From an uncultured Eubacteriales bacterium (GTDB taxonomy: Bacteria; Bacillota_I; Bacilli_A; RFN20; JAISJY01): DNA of 64,000 nucleotides. The notes beneath the pieces are model-generated. The model saw only the letters and a list, made by a program, of their open reading frames with translations. It had not been told where the DNA came from and did not search any database. Position numbers and translations under genes: made by a program. Positions 10,437 to 19,557 of this stretch are shown piece after piece (position 1 is the stretch's first letter; each line of letters opens with the position of its first letter). The stretch is taken from NCBI GenBank assembly GCA_964646425.1, contig CAZYEI010000001.1:4731-68730 (forward strand). The letters run 5' to 3'.

Positions 10437-10448
10437 GAAATCGTTTTC
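10437..10448. promoter_or_regulatory. cre/LacI-type operator-like palindrome (GAAATCGTTTTC) in the 5'UTR of the 968-aa lipoprotein gene, just upstream of its RBS
   Basis: The near-palindrome AAACGAAATCGTTTTC has a central CG. It matches the cre consensus TGNAANCGNWNNCW with one mismatch and shares its core with the sites at 10478 and 30074. Confidence 0.4.
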
Positions 10449-10463
10449 TCTAATTACAATTAT

Positions 10464-10492
10464 AATATAGCATTTTTTGAAATCGCTTTCAA
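10464..10492 (-). promoter_or_regulatory. Promoter of the 968-aa lipoprotein gene (TTGAAA-17-TATATT). A cre-like site, TGAAAGCGATTTCA (10478..10491), overlaps its -35 element.
   Basis: On the minus strand, TTGAAA (10492..10487), a 17-nt spacer and TATATT (10469..10464) form the promoter. The 14-mer TGAAAGCGATTTCA fits the catabolite-responsive-element consensus exactly. Confidence 0.5.
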
Positions 10493-10604
10493 TGATTTAT
10501 CGTTTATTTTTTTATAAAAAATAGAAATATTTCTTAAAATAATTAATTTAAATGGAAATGTTTCCAAAATAAAAGAAGCAAGTTTCCTTACTTCTTTAAA
10601 AAAT

Positions 10605-13600
10605 TTATTTAATATATGCAATTATTTGGTCATAATAACCATCACGAACTTTTTTAGCAATATCACCTTTAACAACATTGACAGTTGTTTTAACATTGTC
10701 TTTAATTAATTCATAATGAGAAATACAATTATCATTATAAACATTTTTCGCCTTATTTACTTTATAAGTAACTAATGTTTTTCCTAATAATTTAAAAGAT
10801 ACTTCACCATCTTTAGTGAAAAATGAACTGTGAATATGTGGATTAAGCGCCAATTTTAATTCATTATCTTCCATAATAAACATATGCTTTCCTACCATCA
10901 TATACAACCAAATACTTAGCATTTCAGCAGTTGTTCCTGAAAGTCTAGCAACAAAACCTTGTCCGTGAGTTAGAGGATCAGGATTTGCACTTGAAGCTAT
11001 AAATGAAGAATGTTCCATTGGAGATCTACCATAAACCGCAGGATTCATAAAACATACCAGATTAGTCTTCATCGCTTCATGGAATTCTTTATATAATCCA
11101 GCCTTTAATAAACCAAGTAAATACTTATATGTCATATGCATAAAATTTGATTCTCTTTCAAGCCATCCTTTAGTAAAGGCTCTAATTCTACCAATTTCTT
11201 GAGTTTCACCATCTAAATCTGCACTTGTTTTATATGTTTTAAGTTTTTCATCATAAATATCTGATTCTTTGATAAGCTTATACATTTCTTTAAGTTCTTG
11301 TTTATCTTTAACAACTTTTAAGGCTCTTGCAGGCCCTTCTAAGAATTTAGGCAATTCTCTAATTTTAAATTCTTTAACCTTGACTAAATTATATCCTTTA
11401 TAACCTGTTTTAACATTACCATTTTCATCTTTGATTAACTCATAATCAGTAACATCATATGCAATAAAAGTAGGATAAATTCCATTTCCTAATTCTTTTG
11501 CTTTTTCAATTGCAGAATTTAATTTAAGTTGCATTTTCTTTAAAATATTAGCAAAAGAATCAGCAGAAATCTCAATTTCGCCAGTAGCACCTAAACGTAA
11601 TTTTTCACGATAATCTTCTCTAGCACTACATACTTCATCCCAATATTTAAAATCATTGTTATATGTATCTAAAGCATTTTCAACTTTCTTGATAAATAAT
11701 TGTAATTCATTTGTTATATATAATTTTCCATTTGGATATTTTTTTGTCATATCAACTAAGAAATTTACAATCTTTAATGTTTCAAATGTTTCACTTACAC
11801 CAGAAGCAAACAATCCAGGTAAGCCATTCATAGCATCATTCCAACCTGGTTTTCCTGCTTCCATTTCAATACCAATTCCTTTATTATCTAATAATGCAAA
11901 TTTGTTAAATGCCAAAGAAAATAATTTTGAATATAAGTTTGTATAAATAATTTCTTGATTATCATATTTCGCCCAGTTTGTAGTCCATTTATTAATATTA
12001 AATTTATTAATTTTTAAATCATCTTCATGATATAAAGAACCATATTGACGAATTTTTCCTGTTTTTGTTAAAACAGTCTTTGCACTTCGAGGTTGGACAA
12101 AAGCACAAGATTCATAATATTTATAATCTTTTTCTTCAAATAAAGCTCTTTCTTCTTCATCAGGATATACTGATAAAAAGTTATCAACTAAATCCATTAA
12201 ATAAGAAAAATGATCGACCCAGAATCCTTCACCAAATGAAGCTTCAATATTTTGAACTGATTCTCCTAAAATTTGAGATAAATACTCGTCTTCAGTTAAT
12301 TTAGTTTTAACACCATTGTTTTCAACTGTATTAACAATGCTACCTGGAGTAAAACTATTTGATAGCAATTTAGTCATTAGCTCATGATGACTAGCAAAAC
12401 ATGTATCTACAATTTTACTAACATCTGCATTATTTACTAAATTAAATGTTGTACCATTAATTCCTAATGGATTATAACCATCTTGTTGAATCAGTGAAAC
12501 AAAATATTTTAAATTATAATCTTTTACTTTAGGACAAATCAAAGAATCACTTCTTCTATTTTGACAAATGTCACGGAAATTTCCATTACCTTGAGAATAA
12601 TATTCCGGAGCAATTGAAAAGAAATTATAATCTCTCTCTAAATCTCCATGTCTTCTTGAATATAAATAATAAATATACTCTTTATCTTTTGCTTTAAAGG
12701 CAAAAGGATATCCTCCACGAAGTAAATTGTCTAAATATGTGTTCTTTAAATATTCATCAAAAATAGGGAATGCTGTATGTGTTTCAACATCGCTCATCAT
12801 AATTTCAATTACATCTTTTGCTTCTTTTTCTTTTTGATTTACATATTCATGCGAACATAAATGAGGCAAAATTGCATTAAATGCTTCTAATGAATGGCAA
12901 TTACCTATAATAGTATCAAGACGTTTAGTTTCACCAGATTTTAAACATAAAGTAACTGGGGTAAAACCACACAATACTTTATTTGTACAATATTGAGGTT
13001 CTGCTTTCAAAGCCTCAATACCTCCCTTTACAAATTTATCATTTATATTTGTATATGAATTATCATAGCCAAATACAACATATGGATCACAAATAGGTTT
13101 AATTAGTTTGTTGTCAACAAAAGACAAGTAAAAATTACCTTCATAAACTTCAGCAACTTCTTCAGAATCACCTGTTGATGCTCGTAATTTATAGAATGCA
13201 CAATCATTTTCAAGATTGAATACTCCCATCCAAGAACGAAGTAAATTAGACATTACTTTAAATGAACCGTGTTCAGTTCCAGGAGTAAATATTTGTGAAC
13301 ATCCATCCAATAAATCAATTTTTAAATCACTATTCGAAATATTTGTTACTTCAACTTTTCTTACTAAGCCAACAATCGGCTCATTTGGAAGACCAAAATA
13401 AGTAACATCAACTCGAATACCAAGTTTTTTATTTTCTTCACTTATTCTGAATTTTTCTCTACTAATATACATTGTTCTTTTAGCAGAATCATTTTTTACA
13501 CAAAATATTTCTTGTACTTTATTATTTATTTTTACAAAAGTTCTAAAACCAATTCTATTAATAACTTCATACGCAGTGTAAGCAGGGAAAAATTCAAGAA

Positions 13601-13781
13601 TGGCACCATTTTTGTCTCTAACACCAAAACTACTCATTCCTTGGCCTCTATTTACATAAAAAGACCAACCTGGTACTCCTTTCTTACCAGCAATCGCTGG
13701 TAAAAAACTAGAAAATGTTTTTTGTTTATCAAAATTTTCAATTACAAATTCACCATTTGAAAAATAATAATCTTTTTTCAC
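10605..13781 (-). CDS. Large intracellular protein, possibly a GH94/GH149/GH161-like glycoside phosphorylase such as a beta-1,3-glucan phosphorylase. The function is not established from sequence alone.
   Basis: The 1058-aa product has no signal peptide. It is the last gene of an operon with GH16 and CUT1 ABC transporter genes and lies 12 nt after the GH16 lipoprotein gene. Its size and context are typical of beta-1,3-glucan phosphorylases, but I could not verify a catalytic motif by eye. Confidence 0.35.
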   Translation of the reverse strand: MKKDYYFSNGEFVIENFDKQKTFSSFLPAIAGKKGVPGWSFYVNRGQGMSSFGVRDKNGAILEFFPAYTAYEVINRIGFRTFVKINNKVQEIFCVKNDSAKRTMYISREKFRISEENKKLGIRVDVTYFGLPNEPIVGLVRKVEVTNISNSDLKIDLLDGCSQIFTPGTEHGSFKVMSNLLRSWMGVFNLENDCAFYKLRASTGDSEEVAEVYEGNFYLSFVDNKLIKPICDPYVVFGYDNSYTNINDKFVKGGIEALKAEPQYCTNKVLCGFTPVTLCLKSGETKRLDTIIGNCHSLEAFNAILPHLCSHEYVNQKEKEAKDVIEIMMSDVETHTAFPIFDEYLKNTYLDNLLRGGYPFAFKAKDKEYIYYLYSRRHGDLERDYNFFSIAPEYYSQGNGNFRDICQNRRSDSLICPKVKDYNLKYFVSLIQQDGYNPLGINGTTFNLVNNADVSKIVDTCFASHHELMTKLLSNSFTPGSIVNTVENNGVKTKLTEDEYLSQILGESVQNIEASFGEGFWVDHFSYLMDLVDNFLSVYPDEEERALFEEKDYKYYESCAFVQPRSAKTVLTKTGKIRQYGSLYHEDDLKINKFNINKWTTNWAKYDNQEIIYTNLYSKLFSLAFNKFALLDNKGIGIEMEAGKPGWNDAMNGLPGLFASGVSETFETLKIVNFLVDMTKKYPNGKLYITNELQLFIKKVENALDTYNNDFKYWDEVCSAREDYREKLRLGATGEIEISADSFANILKKMQLKLNSAIEKAKELGNGIYPTFIAYDVTDYELIKDENGNVKTGYKGYNLVKVKEFKIRELPKFLEGPARALKVVKDKQELKEMYKLIKESDIYDEKLKTYKTSADLDGETQEIGRIRAFTKGWLERESNFMHMTYKYLLGLLKAGLYKEFHEAMKTNLVCFMNPAVYGRSPMEHSSFIASSANPDPLTHGQGFVARLSGTTAEMLSIWLYMMVGKHMFIMEDNELKLALNPHIHSSFFTKDGEVSFKLLGKTLVTYKVNKAKNVYNDNCISHYELIKDNVKTTVNVVKGDIAKKVRDGYYDQIIAYIK

Positions 13782-13793
13782 ACTTAATTCCTC

Positions 13794-14984
13794 CTATAAA
13801 GCAGAAATTTCTTCTGCTTGGTATACACGAACATAATCAATTACAAATTTGGGACCGATTCCATTTTCATCAAAAATAGAATCATCAATTCCTTGGGCAC
13901 CACCCCAATTACCACCCCACGCAAAATTAAGGATGATAAAGAATTCTTGATCAAATGGCCATGACTTATAATCTGGACAAGCCACATGGCTATTTGGATT
14001 ATATGTATAATATGGATTACCATCAACATAATAAATTATTTTATCTGGCAACCATTCGGTAGTATATGTATGATATGTATCATATATATCGCTCAATTTT
14101 GTAGAGCCACCTTTTTGTAAACCATTCCCCCCATTGAAACTAGCTGTATGGATAGTTCCATGAATTACATTTTCACTATAGCCAACGGTTTCCATAAAAT
14201 CAATTTCTCCAGTATCTGGCCAACTCTTTTTACCATAAACACCAGTGTTTGGCAATGCCCAAAAAGCCGGCCAAGTACCTTTTCCTCTAGGCATTTTAGC
14301 TCTTATTTCAAATTTACCATATTTATATTTGACTTTATTTCTAGTAATAAGTCTTGCAGAAGTATAACTTGAACCTTCATATTCTTCTTTTCTTAATGTA
14401 ATAGTCAAATTTCCATCTTCGACTTTAGCATTTTCTTCTCTATTTGTATAATATTGAAGTTCGTTATTTCCCCAACCCCAACTACCAGTACCAATCTCCG
14501 GTGTCCAATAATCACTTGTAGGAAATCCTTCATAATCAAATTCATCAGACCATACTAATTCATAATTCAAAGTATCATAATTATAATTAAAATTATTAGC
14601 TTTACAAGCACTTGTTCCCTTACCAATAATTACAAAATAATAACCAGTTGCAGTCAAGCCACCACTATCTTCAACTGTAAATGTAACTTTATATTTATTA
14701 TCAATATTTAAGGGGATTGAATCTACATAATTTTTATTATCATAATCATAAATAGTATATGTAATTTTATCAGTTAAATTTCCATCTTCAGTATCATAAG
14801 CAGTAACATTTAACATAACATTATATGTTCCTGAAGATTTAGACGGCATTCTATCAAATAGACCACTTAGTTGTGGAGCCGTATTATTTTCATTATTACT
14901 TGAAGATGTTCCATTTCCTTGACATCCAACAACAGAACAACTTAGCACAAATAACAATCCTAATATTTTTATTTTACGATTCAT
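13794..14984 (-). CDS. Secreted glycoside hydrolase family 16 lipoprotein (laminarinase) with an extra N-terminal beta-sandwich domain
   Basis: A lipobox is present (VLSCSVVGC). The GH16 motif GEIDFMETVGY occurs in the C-terminal domain. Confidence 0.8.
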   Translation of the reverse strand: MNRKIKILGLLFVLSCSVVGCQGNGTSSSNNENNTAPQLSGLFDRMPSKSSGTYNVMLNVTAYDTEDGNLTDKITYTIYDYDNKNYVDSIPLNIDNKYKVTFTVEDSGGLTATGYYFVIIGKGTSACKANNFNYNYDTLNYELVWSDEFDYEGFPTSDYWTPEIGTGSWGWGNNELQYYTNREENAKVEDGNLTITLRKEEYEGSSYTSARLITRNKVKYKYGKFEIRAKMPRGKGTWPAFWALPNTGVYGKKSWPDTGEIDFMETVGYSENVIHGTIHTASFNGGNGLQKGGSTKLSDIYDTYHTYTTEWLPDKIIYYVDGNPYYTYNPNSHVACPDYKSWPFDQEFFIILNFAWGGNWGGAQGIDDSIFDENGIGPKFVIDYVRVYQAEEISAL

Positions 14985-15001
14985 ATAATATTCAAACCTT
15001 T

Positions 15002-15991
15002 CTATTGTCCAGTTAATCCTGTTTGCTCGATACCTTCAACGAATTGTTTTTGAAGAACTGCATATAAAATTAACAATGGAATAATTGAGATTAAAGTTCC
15101 CGCCATTCTTTTTGCTTCGTTAACCATCTCTTTGTTTCCTTTATCAACACCACCAAGCAATGTATCAATGGCATTTAATTGATTTGGCAAAATTTGTAAG
15201 CCACCAGCTAAATAATATTGAGTTCCTAAAGTATCATTCCAATTCCAGACAAATGAAAACAAAAAGACAGTAATAATGATTGGAATTGATAATTTAAAGA
15301 TTACATGATAGAAAGTTTGGAAAGATGTCGCACCATCCATAATTGATGCTTCATCTAAGTCATAAGGAATTTGTTTAAAGAAACTATAACAAATTAAGAT
15401 TAAAATAGTTGAATAAACACCTTGTCCAAATAATGCTAATAATATTTGTGGAAGCACTGTTCCAATCAATTTAATTCCAAGTTTATCATAAATAGTTGTA
15501 AAAATCATTCGACGAGGAATAATTAACATTGGTGCCGGAATAATAAAGGCAGCAATTAATAACCCCCACCAAAACTTTGCCCCCTTAATTTTATATCTTG
15601 CTAAGGCATATCCAGCTAAAGCAGATATAATTGTTTGGATAAAAGCAAGTAAAAATGAGAACCAAACTGAATTAAGCAATGATGTTAAATAATCTAATGC
15701 AAGATAAGCTGCTTTATAATTAACAAATTGCCATTTCTTTGGTAATACTATTACTTCCGGATCAACTAAATCAGAACTTGATTGAAATGATGTGAAAAAC
15801 ATATCTAAAATCGGTTCTAAAAATACAAATGCAATAACAATTAACAATGCATAATAGACAAGCATTGGTAAAAATCCATCACGTAATCCATTACCAAATA
15901 AAAAATTCTTAATCTTTACCCAATTTATTTTCTTAAATTTTTCATATAATGCAACACCAGCATTTTTAATTTTAGTAACTAAATTTTTCAT
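15002..15991 (-). CDS. Carbohydrate ABC transporter permease (MalG/CUT1 family)
   Basis: Multiple TM segments and the EAA-loop motif EASIMDGATSFQTF are present. I moved the start to the ATG at 15991..15989 (MKNLVTK...), which has the Shine-Dalgarno sequence AAGGGGGG and lies 2 nt after the upstream stop. The longer ORF-track start at 16048 overlaps the upstream gene by 56 nt. Confidence 0.85.
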   Translation of the reverse strand: MKNLVTKIKNAGVALYEKFKKINWVKIKNFLFGNGLRDGFLPMLVYYALLIVIAFVFLEPILDMFFTSFQSSSDLVDPEVIVLPKKWQFVNYKAAYLALDYLTSLLNSVWFSFLLAFIQTIISALAGYALARYKIKGAKFWWGLLIAAFIIPAPMLIIPRRMIFTTIYDKLGIKLIGTVLPQILLALFGQGVYSTILILICYSFFKQIPYDLDEASIMDGATSFQTFYHVIFKLSIPIIITVFLFSFVWNWNDTLGTQYYLAGGLQILPNQLNAIDTLLGGVDKGNKEMVNEAKRMAGTLISIIPLLILYAVLQKQFVEGIEQTGLTGQ

Positions 15992-15992
15992 T

Positions 15993-17108
15993 TTAATTAC
16001 CCCCCTTAGAAACATCATCATGTTGCTTCTTAAATTTTTTATTTTCACGTTCTAATTTTTTTCTACGAAGTTCAACTTCCTCTTCATGATCAAGTTGAGC
16101 CCTTCTTAAAGCTTTCATTTGGCGTCTTTGTGAAGCTTGTACACTTCTTAATTTTTTATTTCTTGCTTCAGATTCTTTTCTACCCATATTTTGAGTATAA
16201 GTAATTACCTCTTTAACTTTCTTTTGTCTAGGAAGTAAAATCAAAGCAAATAAACCAATCATTAATAAAATAAAGATTGTCATAATAAAGGCCATTGCTG
16301 CAGCTAAACCTTCTTGATTTATTGTAGTAATCATATTGTTCATAATTGTATATAATTGACTAGTTGGCAAAGTAGCAACTTGTACAATTGAAAATACAGC
16401 AATAATCATAGCAGTAGAACGCACATTAGGAATAGTTATTTTCCATAAACATTGCCATGAAGTTGCTCCATCAATTTGAGCAGCAGCATACAAATCTTTA
16501 CTAATCTTTTGCAATGCATTAATAAATAAAACAATAGGAATACCTGTAAGCCACAAAATTACGACAAACTCATCAAATATTGATTGAACTGCATTAGCAA
16601 GTGGCATACTATAGGAAGAAATAATTCTAAAAAGAAATGAAGTTTGCTCAGGGCCTTCAATAATATTTCCTGTTGTTCCTGTAGTAGTTGATTCAAATAA
16701 CATAGTTATTAATGCACCAGACATAATAATAACAGGCATAAAATAAATAGTTCTAAAGAATCCTCTACCTTTAATATTTTTATTTAATATTATTGCTAAG
16801 ATAAAAGAGATAACTAAGATAATCGGAACATAAATAATTTCCGTTTTCATAAAATCTCCAATTGCTGTTAAAAATGAAACATTTTGTGTCAATGCATTAA
16901 CAAAATTCTTTAAACCATTAAAAGTAAAATGATAGCCATGCACATCATGTTTAACAGTTGAGAAACTCATAATGACAGCAATAATAAAAGGTATAAATGT
17001 TAAAAATACAGCACCTATAATCCATGGAGAAAGGAAAGAATATCCTAAAATATTCTTTCTTTTAGCATTTTCATTTTTAAATTTATATTTTTTTGTTTTT
17101 TCTCCCAT
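15993..17108 (-). CDS. Carbohydrate ABC transporter permease (MalF/CUT1 family) with an unusual ~85-aa Lys/Arg/Glu-rich C-terminal tail
   Basis: The EAA loop AAAQIDGATSWQCLWKITIPN is present. I moved the start to the ATG at 17108..17106 (MGEKTKK...), which has the Shine-Dalgarno sequence GAGGTG and lies 1 nt after the upstream stop. The tail RQKKVKEV...RRKKLERENKKFKKQ looks like a charged coiled coil. Confidence 0.85.
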   Translation of the reverse strand: MGEKTKKYKFKNENAKRKNILGYSFLSPWIIGAVFLTFIPFIIAVIMSFSTVKHDVHGYHFTFNGLKNFVNALTQNVSFLTAIGDFMKTEIIYVPIILVISFILAIILNKNIKGRGFFRTIYFMPVIIMSGALITMLFESTTTGTTGNIIEGPEQTSFLFRIISSYSMPLANAVQSIFDEFVVILWLTGIPIVLFINALQKISKDLYAAAQIDGATSWQCLWKITIPNVRSTAMIIAVFSIVQVATLPTSQLYTIMNNMITTINQEGLAAAMAFIMTIFILLMIGLFALILLPRQKKVKEVITYTQNMGRKESEARNKKLRSVQASQRRQMKALRRAQLDHEEEVELRRKKLERENKKFKKQHDDVSKGGN

Positions 17109-17109
17109 A

Positions 17110-19557
17110 TTATAACACCTCGAATCCTTGAGCTGAAACTTTTGTTTCACCATAAGTAAGAGGTGAATCACTATAGTTTATTACAATTTTCTTTCCATTA
17201 CTATATTCATTTACAATTAAACCATTTTCTAATTTTGTACGATTAATCCAATCTGCATTAATTACTTTTCCTAAAGCACTATCAACTTGTGTATAAATAT
17301 TCTTAATCATCTCTTTATATAATGAATATTCAGTTGAATAATAATTTGAACTATTAGTATATGATAAATAATGCGAAGATTCTTGGCTTAAAACAAATGA
17401 AGGATAAACATTAAAATCTATCATTTTTAAAATACTTTCTTGATCATAGAAACTAAAATTACTATATGGTGCATATAGTTCCATACAACCATTTAAAACT
17501 AATTGTAGTAGTGGGATTTCTGTTTCTTCAATTAAATGTTGACTATTAAATACCGGAATATTGAAATATCTATCAACATATTTCCATAAATATTTATTTG
17601 GTTGTTCAGCATTTACCATACCTTTTCCATCTAAATATTTAAAAGCATTTTCAATATTTTCCATTGCTTTTTCTCTAGTGCCTTTATTATTTGATAAAAC
17701 ACGATTTGAAATACCAGTTACAGTCATTGAATTAATATTAGTTTTTTTACTTAATTCCTTATTTTGTGACTTAACCCATTTTAGTGAAGCATCACTTCTT
17801 GCATAACCAAATTCATTAATAAAGTAATGATTAAATGAAGTATATTCAATATATTTTCCATTATAATGTTTTGTTGCATTACCACTGAAACTTATTTGAC
17901 TTTCATTAATTAAGAAATAATCTTGGGAGAATGAAACATCAACATTTTGTTTTTCCATACTTGAAATTAATGATTTATATTCACTAGCAGTTCCTATTTT
18001 ACTTGTAAAATCTGCTTTATCAGGTCGTCCCAAAGTAATTCCTCCACTTTGCCAACCTAAAAGAGAAGTAACAATGTTGTCAATTCCATTATTTAAAGAA
18101 TCGTTTAAAATTGCTTTTACATCATTTGCTGTTGTTACAACAGCATCACTTGTCCCAAGAACACTTTCTTCAGCATCAGCCATAATGAAGTCTAAACGAG
18201 TAATAATATGCTCATTTTCAAAATTTTTCTTTGTTAATTGTTTTTCTTCATTTATTAAATAATCACGATAAGCCTTAGCAACACCAACATAGTTAGCATT
18301 ATCTCCTTCTAAAAAATCATAACGCATACCAATATCATAATCAAATGGATTATCATTTAATACCGGTGCACTAGATGTGCCATCTTGAGAATAGTATTCA
18401 GTATAATCAAAATTTGTTCTAAATGTTGCATATGCATAAATATAACTATCATTATCCGCGTTATCCGGACTAACATTAATAGCCATATGTTGTTCACCTT
18501 TAGTTGCATAAGCTACAACAGCTTTTTGTGAATTAGTTGCAGTTTCATTATGAACAACACCAAACATTGGCATTGATGCATCTTTCAAAGGAACCGTTGT
18601 TCTTCCTGATTCTGGACTATAATGTTGTTTATTTGTAGTATAATTTTGACCATATACATATGACTTATATACGCCAAGAGTTACATTACTATCTACAAAT
18701 GGAATAATTGCACCTGAACCATCAGGAACAATTATATATCCTTTAGCCATTTCTTTACTTATTTTTGTCTTAGTATCATAATCACCATTTTCAACAAATG
18801 TCTTAATTGTTTCTCCAGTTTCCGGATCAGTTGAATCTGATTCAACTTTTTTTGAAACAAATGGGCTACCTTCTCCACCTGTTGCGCCAATAAATGGGGC
18901 TATTGTTATATCTATTAATCTGTTTTTATCTGCACCAGTAATTTCTTCGTGACGAAGTTCAAATTCAATGCCTTTTTCATCAAAATAAATATGAACAGAA
19001 AGATTAATATCAGCCCATACTCCAATTTGAAAATCTAAACGATAGTGAGTATCACTATTATCGATTTTCATTAAAGTAGACTTACCATATTTTGGATTTT
19101 CATGAGCACTTGAAACTTTAAATAAATTAGTCATTGCTTTATCATCTTTTTTATAAATATATGCAGTAACTAAAGAATTGATTATTGAGTTTCCTGTTGT
19201 ATCTTCATATAAATCACAAACATAATTTGGATCAGCATTCATTGCCTTTCGACATGCATCTCTTGCTTCTCTTTTTGTTTGATAAGGAACATCAGCTCCT
19301 GTTTTCCATAATATTTCTTTTGAATTAACATCTTGAATTTGAATAATATCTAATGATTCTTTATATGAATATATATATTTACTATTACGATATAATTCAA
19401 CATATGTATCTTCATCCTTTGAAGATATGGCAGTTTTGGCAATTTCTTTTGTTGAGTTGTTATTTGCTTCTTCATTTCCAGCAATATTAATCAATGAAGA
19501 TAAAGGAAGCAAAAATACAATTAGTGCTAAATACTTAATTTTTTTAACTAATGACAT
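17110..19557 (-). CDS. Secreted protein of unknown function (815 aa) encoded within the ABC transporter operon
   Basis: The signal peptide MSLVKKIKYLALIVFLLPLSSLINIAG follows a strong Shine-Dalgarno sequence, AAGGAGG, and the start overlaps the upstream gene by 14 nt. I recognise no catalytic motif. It may be a DUF-type glycan-processing or glycan-binding protein. Confidence 0.5.
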   Translation of the reverse strand: MSLVKKIKYLALIVFLLPLSSLINIAGNEEANNNSTKEIAKTAISSKDEDTYVELYRNSKYIYSYKESLDIIQIQDVNSKEILWKTGADVPYQTKREARDACRKAMNADPNYVCDLYEDTTGNSIINSLVTAYIYKKDDKAMTNLFKVSSAHENPKYGKSTLMKIDNSDTHYRLDFQIGVWADINLSVHIYFDEKGIEFELRHEEITGADKNRLIDITIAPFIGATGGEGSPFVSKKVESDSTDPETGETIKTFVENGDYDTKTKISKEMAKGYIIVPDGSGAIIPFVDSNVTLGVYKSYVYGQNYTTNKQHYSPESGRTTVPLKDASMPMFGVVHNETATNSQKAVVAYATKGEQHMAINVSPDNADNDSYIYAYATFRTNFDYTEYYSQDGTSSAPVLNDNPFDYDIGMRYDFLEGDNANYVGVAKAYRDYLINEEKQLTKKNFENEHIITRLDFIMADAEESVLGTSDAVVTTANDVKAILNDSLNNGIDNIVTSLLGWQSGGITLGRPDKADFTSKIGTASEYKSLISSMEKQNVDVSFSQDYFLINESQISFSGNATKHYNGKYIEYTSFNHYFINEFGYARSDASLKWVKSQNKELSKKTNINSMTVTGISNRVLSNNKGTREKAMENIENAFKYLDGKGMVNAEQPNKYLWKYVDRYFNIPVFNSQHLIEETEIPLLQLVLNGCMELYAPYSNFSFYDQESILKMIDFNVYPSFVLSQESSHYLSYTNSSNYYSTEYSLYKEMIKNIYTQVDSALGKVINADWINRTKLENGLIVNEYSNGKKIVINYSDSPLTYGETKVSAQGFEVL

